This document shows positions 27,854 through 34,609 of a stretch of 34,609 bases of DNA, in pieces. The DNA lies in NCBI GenBank assembly GCA_048940645.1, contig JBHLOI010000037.1:1-34609 (forward strand), read 5' to 3'. Position numbers and translations under genes: made by a program. The notes beneath the pieces are model-generated. The model did no database searches. It was not told the origin of the DNA and saw only the letters and a program-made list of their open reading frames with translations. Source of the stretch: Promethearchaeota archaeon (GTDB taxonomy: Archaea > Asgardarchaeota > Lokiarchaeia > Sigyniarchaeales > SOKP01). The stretch's first letter is position 1, and every line of letters begins with the position of its first letter.

Positions 27854-28741
27854 TTAAACTAAGGTATCTAAACATAATTTTATCTCTTTTATAGTTTTTG
27901 GAGATGTTCCACAACATCCTCCCACAATTTTCGCTCCTAATTTAACAATTTGTAGAATATCTTTAGCAAAGTCTTGCTCTAATTGATCATAATGGGTAAC
28001 TCCGCCTTCTGCTAGTCTTGGCTTTCCTGCATTTGGTTTAATCGAAATTGGTTTATTAGTAATGTTTTTCATTTCTTTAATTAATTCAATCATCTCATTT
28101 GAGCCTAAAGTACAGTTTCCTCCAATTATATCAATATTCTCATTTTCTACTTTTTCTATGCAGTCTTTCAATGAGTTTCCCATGATCGTGAAAAATCCAC
28201 GTTTAGTCTTTTTATACGTCATAGAGCTAATTATAGGCTTTTTTGAGACTTTTTTTACAGCCTGGATGGCAGCAATCATTTCTTCAATATCAGAAATGGT
28301 TTCTATGTGCCACAAGTCAATTCCAGGTTCTAAATATTTAGTTTGTTTTAAATAACTTAAATACCATTGTTCATATGTCGCTTTTCCTATTGGAGGTTTA
28401 TATTCTCCTGATGGACCAATATCCCCCACTATTAAATGATTAGGCGGGGTAACTTTTTTTAAATTTTCTATAGCTTTTTCATTAATTTCTTTAATATGAT
28501 CTTCAAGTTTATATTTTTGCAGATTCAAATAACTAGAACCAAAAGTATTTGTTTGACACATATCTGAACCAGCCTCAAAGTAAGCTTTGTGAATTTCTGT
28601 GATTATTTCGGATTGTTCAACATTAAGAATATCTGGTAATTTTCCTGGTTTGATACCACGTTTAAATATTTCAGTACCCATTCCACCATCAAATAAAATT
28701 ATTTTAGAATCATCTTTTAGCCATTCTTTAATTAACGTAAT
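27854..28741 (-). CDS. Homocysteine S-methyltransferase-family protein (stand-alone MetH Hcy-binding domain); true start upstream of ATG 28681, probably ATT
   Basis: Motifs ILFDGGMGTE, HKAYFEAGSD, TNTFG, GDIGP, IETISD, GGNC, PNAGKP and GGCCGTSP (Zn ligands). Confidence 0.9.
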   Translation of the reverse strand: MTLIKEWLKDDSKIILFDGGMGTEIFKRGIKPGKLPDILNVEQSEIITEIHKAYFEAGSDMCQTNTFGSSYLNLQKYKLEDHIKEINEKAIENLKKVTPPNHLIVGDIGPSGEYKPPIGKATYEQWYLSYLKQTKYLEPGIDLWHIETISDIEEMIAAIQAVKKVSKKPIISSMTYKKTKRGFFTIMGNSLKDCIEKVENENIDIIGGNCTLGSNEMIELIKEMKNITNKPISIKPNAGKPRLAEGGVTHYDQLEQDFAKDILQIVKLGAKIVGGCCGTSPKTIKEIKLCLDTLV

Positions 28742-28769
28742 AATTTAATCAACTCTAAATTTTATTCCA

Positions 28770-29414
28770 TTAATCTATTAAATTTTTAATTAATTTAACT
28801 GCTTCTATAGCGTTATCGGCATAGCCATCAGCTTTACATTCATTTACCCAATCTTTAGTAACTGGAGCACCACCTAATATCACTTTAAATTTATCTCGTA
28901 TCCCCTTATCCTCTAAAATCTCAATGAGTTTTTTTTGACCGATCATTGTTGTGGTTAAAAGAGCTGAAACTCCAATTATATTAGCATTTTTTTCAAGAGC
29001 AGTGTTAATAATTTTTTCCGCAGAAACATCTGCACCTAAATCATATACTTCAAAACCATTCGCACTTAAAATAGTTGCCACTATTGTCTTACCTATTGAA
29101 TGTATATCACCCTCTATTGTAGCAATTACAACTTTTCCTGATGTAACATCTTCTTTATCCGCCTTTAAATGTGGTAATAGAATTCCCATTGATTCCTGCA
29201 CAATATTTCCTCCAAGCATCAATTCTGGCAAGAAAAACTCTCCTTCTTCCCATAATTCGCCTATACGACGAATACCTGCACCAAATCCCTTTTCAACTAC
29301 GGCTAATAAGTTCATATTTTCTTCTATTGCTTTTTTTGCTAAATTAATTGCTTTATCTCTGTCTAAACTGACAATAGCTTCTGAAATTTTCTTATAAAAA
29401 CTCTCTTGGGACAC
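28770..29414 (-). CDS. Corrinoid (cobalamin)-binding methyl-carrier protein (MttC/MtbC-like)
   Basis: Cap domain FFLPELM and B12-binding motif GDIHSIGK...SALLT...GGAP. GTG start. Confidence 0.95.
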   Translation of the reverse strand: MSQESFYKKISEAIVSLDRDKAINLAKKAIEENMNLLAVVEKGFGAGIRRIGELWEEGEFFLPELMLGGNIVQESMGILLPHLKADKEDVTSGKVVIATIEGDIHSIGKTIVATILSANGFEVYDLGADVSAEKIINTALEKNANIIGVSALLTTTMIGQKKLIEILEDKGIRDKFKVILGGAPVTKDWVNECKADGYADNAIEAVKLIKNLID

Positions 29415-29606
29415 TCAAATCTCTCCTAAAAATTAGAAATTTGTTGATTTTTTACTCATATGAATATTTTATTAAAACTTCCAAGGTTTAAAAAATATAA
29501 CTTATCTCTCTCTTAATCCATAATATTGAAAATATTATCATCTATTATTATTAGATTAATTGAAAAAAATATATATACCTACACTATATGAAACTTAAAA
29601 TAATTT

Positions 29607-30131
29607 TTGAATAATAAATTCGATAATAAAGGTGAAAATAAAATTCCAAGGCGCTATTATGCTAAATCTAAGAAAACTTATGCAAAAGATCAAACTTTTG
29701 ACCAAGATCAAGTAGGAGAAGAAAAAGAACGCTATTTAATTAGTATAGAATTAATGAGTTTAAAGACACTTAAAGATTATGACATTTTTGGCTGGCGAGG
29801 TGAGTTCTATTTTAAAGTAGATGGGCCTAAGGTGTTTAAAGCTAGATGGCCAAATAAGGGGACGATCAAATTGCAAAGAAATCAAGAATTTACCTCAAAA
29901 GCGGATATGTCGCTATGGTCTCAATTTAAAACTGTTCGGGCAGATAAACCTGCAATAGAAACCATAAAAGTAATTTTAAGGGAACGAGATCATTTGAAAA
30001 AAGATCATACTGTATGTGAATATGAATATAAAATCAAGTTACCATCAAAAACTGAATACGTTATTTTACAAGATGAGAAAGAAAAAACAAAAGCTAAGCT
30101 TCGAATTCAAGCAACTAGAACCAGATATTAA
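29607..30131 (+). CDS. Hypothetical protein, possible C2-like beta-sandwich
   Basis: DYDIFGWRGEFYFKV and IKVILRERDHLKKDHTV resemble C2-domain loops 1 and 3. Confidence 0.55.
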   Translation: MNNKFDNKGENKIPRRYYAKSKKTYAKDQTFDQDQVGEEKERYLISIELMSLKTLKDYDIFGWRGEFYFKVDGPKVFKARWPNKGTIKLQRNQEFTSKADMSLWSQFKTVRADKPAIETIKVILRERDHLKKDHTVCEYEYKIKLPSKTEYVILQDEKEKTKAKLRIQATRTRY

Positions 30132-30224
30132 AAGATTTAAGAATATATTCTAATTTTTCTATTTTTTATTTATTAAGAGTAAAATAACTATCTTTATGTT
30201 TAAGTTAAATTGAATAAACTCACT

Positions 30225-31373
30225 TTATAGCATAAATTTCTCATATTCAGAATTACAAGGATGATTATCAGTAACCCAAAATTCCTTTTTAAGTGGAAAA
30301 AGAATTATTGAGCCTAAGGTTCCAGCAGATGGTCCATGTGTGCAGACTGTAAAATCATCTGGCTCCCTATTATCATGATCACTCAAAATATCTTTTATTA
30401 TATTCATCGTAATTTGACCATTGTATTTTATTAATAGTTCAATTTCTCTGTTATACCGTCTTATAGGAGATTCTATAGGTGAAATATCCATATCATCCAT
30501 TTTAAATCGAACATATTCTGGTAAATTAGCATTTTTCAGTTCTTTAGTTTGATAATGATTAGTATGAGCCAAAATGTTATTTTTAGGTCGACGGATTGCA
30601 TGCCGAGTACTTGTAGTTTCAATTACACACGTATCTCCTGAGATATCCATAAGTCCATAATGACATCCATTTGCACGGCCAGTGAATTTAATAATAAAAT
30701 CAATAGCTTCTTGCGTTGTTGCACAAGTTTCTAAAACGTCTTGTACCATGAGGGTACCAGGAACACCTTTTAATCTAAAATCTAGCGGCTCTTTTTTCCA
30801 TGCACGACCATAATTATAACCAATTGCTAAACCTTTCTCATTTAGCCCCATGTGGCAACCTGTAAGAGGGTATTGGGTAAAATTTATATTTCTATAACCA
30901 CTTTCTGGTATTTCTTCACGAATTACTTGGAACGGCTGGAGTACATTGGGAAAATCATAATTACGTCCAAAGATCATTGATTTATCTGATGTAGCTTCAG
31001 GGAGAGCGAATATCATTGAACAAGCTTGAATTGGAGGATTTTTATAGATAGACTTTGGATCACCTGACATCACCTCGATAAAGTGAGCTCCATATATAAT
31101 TCCTCTTTTTATTCCTGCACCTTTTTTTAGAGCCATCATTTTTTCAAACTGATTAGGAAGAAGTTGTTGTAAAGGCTTCTTTATATTCTTCTTGCCCATA
31201 ATACCTAAAGCAAATTTAACTATTGAAAGAGGTATTAGTTTGGAGGTTACTTCAGAAAACATTTTTGAATGGAATACAATATCAAACATATTATGAATTT
31301 TATCTTTCAATTGCTCTCCCTGTTGGAATCCTCTTTCAGCAGGATTTCCTTCTAACTTAATAAAATCAACCAT
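30225..31373 (-). CDS. Peptidase C45 / acyl-CoA:6-APA acyltransferase-family Ntn hydrolase
   Basis: Autocleavage Cys in QACS, plus GRNYD, GLNEKGL and HTNH. Confidence 0.9.
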   Translation of the reverse strand: MVDFIKLEGNPAERGFQQGEQLKDKIHNMFDIVFHSKMFSEVTSKLIPLSIVKFALGIMGKKNIKKPLQQLLPNQFEKMMALKKGAGIKRGIIYGAHFIEVMSGDPKSIYKNPPIQACSMIFALPEATSDKSMIFGRNYDFPNVLQPFQVIREEIPESGYRNINFTQYPLTGCHMGLNEKGLAIGYNYGRAWKKEPLDFRLKGVPGTLMVQDVLETCATTQEAIDFIIKFTGRANGCHYGLMDISGDTCVIETTSTRHAIRRPKNNILAHTNHYQTKELKNANLPEYVRFKMDDMDISPIESPIRRYNREIELLIKYNGQITMNIIKDILSDHDNREPDDFTVCTHGPSAGTLGSIILFPLKKEFWVTDNHPCNSEYEKFML

Positions 31374-31395
31374 TTTAATCCCTTTTTTTTAAATG

Positions 31396-32793
31396 TTACA
31401 ATTTCCTCTCTTGGATTCTTAATAATATAATCGCTATTATAACTATTGATAACGCTACAATAATCTGAATTATACCAAAACCAGCTATCTTTTCTGCAAA
31501 AATATCCCCTAAAGCTAATGAAATTACTAAAGTAGCCAATTCAAATAGAGCAAGATAATTAAGTATCGCCAGAAACTTATTTTCTATAGCTGAAGATTTA
31601 GTATTGAGCGTATTTCTCTGTCTATTTAGCGTTTTTCGTATCCTTGAAATAACATCATCCGTTGCTTTTGAGAATGTAAAACCATCTAATTTATCAATCT
31701 GCTCATTGAACATACTTGTCTTGAACGTGCTTGTAAATAATAATCTAGTAATTTTTGAAATAATTATATCTTTATTCAATTCAAGAATAATCCGGTTTAA
31801 TTCTGTTTCAAGTTTCTCTAATCTATCAATTTTTAGTCTTAAAGTTAATTGTTCCTCCATTGCCCGTGTTTCTGAGATAATTTCATCAAATCTCTCAGCT
31901 ACAACTAAAATGTTTTCCATATGCATAAGGATAAGGAAGCGTTGTACATTTCCAACTTCGGGAGCAAAGATAGTATCAATCATTAAATTCTTCATTGAAT
32001 TTGGATCTAACAATCCAGGACCAGGAATAACGACATTCCCAGCATGTGTAATCATTACAAATTCATCCTTATAAGGAGAGAGATTCTTCAAATTTATTTG
32101 GTCCCTATAAGCAACTGGATCTAACTCACGGTACTTATCAGTTCGCAATGTAAGACTTATAGCATAATGTGCATTTTTTCCAATTTGCGTTCCTACAAAA
32201 CGATAATCAGCTCGATTAAAATTTGGCTTAGCATCCCAAATTATCCAAGTATGATGCCAAGGTTCTAAAACAGATTCTAATTTTGGTTTATCAGCAAAAT
32301 CTCCTTTTTTAAGTAAATCAATGATACTATCTCTTATTTCTAAAAATTTTTCAGTTATAGGCCTTTTAGTATTTTCAAGAATAATATTCTCTGGTTTTGA
32401 TATTTCTATAAAATCCTCAATGGTATGATAATTATCGAAAATCAGCTCACAATGTATTACCAAAACAGATCCATAATGAATATGTCCTTCCAATCTGATT
32501 TTACCCTCGATATGAGGTACTGTTGAGCAGGAAAATCTATCTCTTCCGATTTTAAAACAAACAGGGGCATATAAATGTGATTGACTAGAAATCCACTTTA
32601 AAGGTTGATGACATTTGAAATCTTTTCTCTCATCTTTAATTGCACAATGGTAATCCTTGTAGACTTTATAAGAACTTTCCATTTCTAAATAATCTCTTAT
32701 ATCTGGGAGATTAAAATAAAGACCTAATTCATAAAACTTCCAAAAGACAAGAGTAGCCTTAAAACTATATTCTTCTTCTATAGGGTCTAACAT
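31396..32793 (-). CDS. Hypothetical protein: soluble domain, long helices and two C-terminal TMs (CorA-like topology without GMN)
   Basis: Coiled-coil-like region around aa 290-400 followed by two hydrophobic segments. Confidence 0.65.
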   Translation of the reverse strand: MLDPIEEEYSFKATLVFWKFYELGLYFNLPDIRDYLEMESSYKVYKDYHCAIKDERKDFKCHQPLKWISSQSHLYAPVCFKIGRDRFSCSTVPHIEGKIRLEGHIHYGSVLVIHCELIFDNYHTIEDFIEISKPENIILENTKRPITEKFLEIRDSIIDLLKKGDFADKPKLESVLEPWHHTWIIWDAKPNFNRADYRFVGTQIGKNAHYAISLTLRTDKYRELDPVAYRDQINLKNLSPYKDEFVMITHAGNVVIPGPGLLDPNSMKNLMIDTIFAPEVGNVQRFLILMHMENILVVAERFDEIISETRAMEEQLTLRLKIDRLEKLETELNRIILELNKDIIISKITRLLFTSTFKTSMFNEQIDKLDGFTFSKATDDVISRIRKTLNRQRNTLNTKSSAIENKFLAILNYLALFELATLVISLALGDIFAEKIAGFGIIQIIVALSIVIIAIILLRIQERKL

Positions 32794-32971
32794 TTTTTTT
32801 CAGATGAGTATTTGTTAAAATCAATAAAATCTTAAATAATAATAAAATTCCCTTTTCTCTAAAAAATTTATCCTTCTTTGTTGTCCAAAAACCAAACATA
32901 TTTTTTAATTAAAATCATTATTGATTTAATACTACATAACTGAATATATTGTATATAAAAGGAGATTTTTC

Positions 32972-33607
32972 CTGAAAACCAAACAAAATGATCCGAATAA
33001 TTTAGAATTAGCGATAAGTTTGGCTAATATAAATGATGCTGGTGGTATCCATAATATCTTAATGGAAAATCTAGTTGAAATCGAAGATTTTGATAGCATA
33101 TCTAAAGAAGAAAGGTTTATCTTAGAAGAAAATGGTTTTTTAAGAAAAAAAGTAGATGTGGAGTATTATAAACATTTAATTGATGATCCTACTGTTGATG
33201 TTTATATTGCAAAATATAAAAATAGAAATGTAATTGGCTTTGCTACGTTCCATAAAGATGAGACTGATGTTAAGTCTGTTCGTGATACTTCAATAAATTT
33301 ACATATTATTGATGATCTCTCTAAAGAATTATTAACAAGTAAAAATAAGAAGTTCACCTATTTGGATCAGATAAGCATTATTCCTAAATTTCAACGAAAA
33401 AAAATAGGAACAGCTATTTTAAATAAAGCTTTAGAAGAATTAGAAGATCCTATAGTTTCATTTATTGTGAAAGTTCCTATAACAAATAAAGCATCTGCTT
33501 ATTGGCACGAACAAAATGGATTTAAACTCGCAGCAACATGTGATGGAGCTTATAAAGGAAAAATTTTTGAATGGTGGATATATATCCACTGGAATAGAAA
33601 AAATTAA
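32972..33607 (+). CDS. GNAT-family N-acetyltransferase (start CTG 32972 or TTG 33020)
   Basis: YLDQISIIPKFQRKKIGT (motif A) and NKASAYWHEQNGF (motif B). Confidence 0.88.
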   Translation: MKTKQNDPNNLELAISLANINDAGGIHNILMENLVEIEDFDSISKEERFILEENGFLRKKVDVEYYKHLIDDPTVDVYIAKYKNRNVIGFATFHKDETDVKSVRDTSINLHIIDDLSKELLTSKNKKFTYLDQISIIPKFQRKKIGTAILNKALEELEDPIVSFIVKVPITNKASAYWHEQNGFKLAATCDGAYKGKIFEWWIYIHWNRKN

Positions 33608-33670
33608 AATTAAGGATTTAAAAAACTTAATAAAATTAAAATTGCTTAACCTGAATTGGAAAAAAGGAAG

Positions 33671-33952
33671 TTAGTCTTTTTTATGTTTCATTTCTCCCTT
33701 TTTCTTGTCAGTTAGAAATTCTAAATTTAAATTCTTAGCAAGTTTGAAACCAATATCAAAGAAACTTTTTACAGAATTATAGAATAAATCTCCAATCACT
33801 TCTAACTCCTGCCGACTCTTTTTGTTGGGAGCTTTTGTTTCATCGGAACTTAATGTACTTACTAAATCTTCTTTTTTCTTTTCTATTTCAGCAGTTAAAT
33901 CCTCTATATTCAATTGCATCTCATTAAAATGTGAATCTTGGTTATTCTCCAC
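33671..33952 (-). CDS. Small hypothetical helical protein
   Basis: 93-aa ORF with GTG start, an AAGAAGGT RBS-like element upstream, and co-oriented with the PlsC-like gene. Confidence 0.65.
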   Translation of the reverse strand: MENNQDSHFNEMQLNIEDLTAEIEKKKEDLVSTLSSDETKAPNKKSRQELEVIGDLFYNSVKSFFDIGFKLAKNLNLEFLTDKKKGEMKHKKD

Positions 33953-33973
33953 TTTATTTTACCTTCTTTTTCT

Positions 33974-34597
33974 TTATTCAAATTCTGGAACTTCTTTTAA
34001 CGATTCAATGATCTTAATGATATCCTCTGCTAATTCGTATCTTTGATCTCTATATTTATCACGGTTTAAGTGTTTTTCGACTTTTAGCGGCGTTCCAATT
34101 TTTACACGTATTCCATCTACGTCAATCATATTAAACAGTTTTGTCTTCTCTGAATAGATTGCTAATGGAATAATAGGAGCATTTCCAGCGACAGCAAATT
34201 TAATTATACCTGCCATAGCTTTTAATTGAGTTTCAGGATCCAATTTTGATTCAGGTGTCATTGCCACTAAATCGCCAACCTCATTAAGATAATGAAATAC
34301 TTTATCAATTGGTTCTGTATCCTCTTTGTCATAAGTGCTACGGAACATACCAAGTGCTTTTAAAACAGGTCCATAAATCTGATGGCTCATTAATTTATGA
34401 TGTACCATAAAATGAATCCTACGTCCAGATACTTGGCTTATTATTGCCATATCCCTTAAAGCATTGTCACTTATAGTTGCTAATATTGCTTTGTCTCTTA
34501 GAGGAATATTCTCTTTTCCATCTATCTTCAAATCTGTAAAAAGTTTTAAACCCGCCCAGCTAAATCCTTTAACTGAAGCATATAGAATATCATTCAA
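33974..34597 (-). CDS. PlsC/lysophospholipid acyltransferase-family protein with degenerate catalytic motifs
   Basis: IDGKENIP, RIHFM, LKALG, MTPE, APIIPLAI and VKIGTPL match the family. The HxxxxD motif is replaced by DNALRD. Confidence 0.8.
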   Translation of the reverse strand: MNDILYASVKGFSWAGLKLFTDLKIDGKENIPLRDKAILATISDNALRDMAIISQVSGRRIHFMVHHKLMSHQIYGPVLKALGMFRSTYDKEDTEPIDKVFHYLNEVGDLVAMTPESKLDPETQLKAMAGIIKFAVAGNAPIIPLAIYSEKTKLFNMIDVDGIRVKIGTPLKVEKHLNRDKYRDQRYELAEDIIKIIESLKEVPEFE

Positions 34598-34609
34598 TAA
34601 TTCCTTACT

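Noticed and set aside
1905-33822. Short antisense ORFs in the track (e.g. 1905-2156, 3970-4251, 13298-13780, 28951-29397, 31604-32074)
   Set aside because: They overlap well-supported genes on the opposite strand and have no recognisable motifs, so they are treated as shadow ORFs.
1-34609. CRISPR array, tRNA/rRNA genes, IS elements
   Set aside because: I saw no regularly spaced repeats, GC-rich structured RNA segments, transposase motifs or terminal inverted repeats.

Overview
AT-rich, gene-dense archaeal window, most consistent with an Asgard archaeon (Lokiarchaeia-like). This assignment is an inference from the archaeal Taw2/Trm5-type gene, GTGAT-type ribosome-binding sites, lineage-type Zn-finger proteins, a 7TM protein and a Ras-like fold protein. 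I recognised no rRNA, tRNA, CRISPR array, transposase or integrase. The dominant feature (7.1-18.8 kb) is a tandem array of four paralogous polytopic membrane proteins. Each has an ABC-2/exporter-type permease N-terminal part, and three are fused to a degenerate DppB/OppB importer-type permease domain. No ABC ATPase or binding protein lies in the window. The array shows a ~1.37 kb apparently identical block between copies 1 and 2, mosaic patches between non-adjacent copies, internal module duplications, an in-frame TGA in copy 3 and fossil gene fragments in the spacers, which together suggest active recombination. Other highlights are a corrinoid protein / homocysteine S-methyltransferase / non-pyrrolysine MttB-family operon, a 7TM + pseudo-GTPase + Zn-ribbon cluster, a C2-like domain protein, a PlsC homologue lacking its catalytic His, an internally deleted sirtuin relic, an unannotated 34-aa membrane microprotein, and evidence for ATT/CTG start codons. 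All family calls come from motif recognition by eye, with no database searches.
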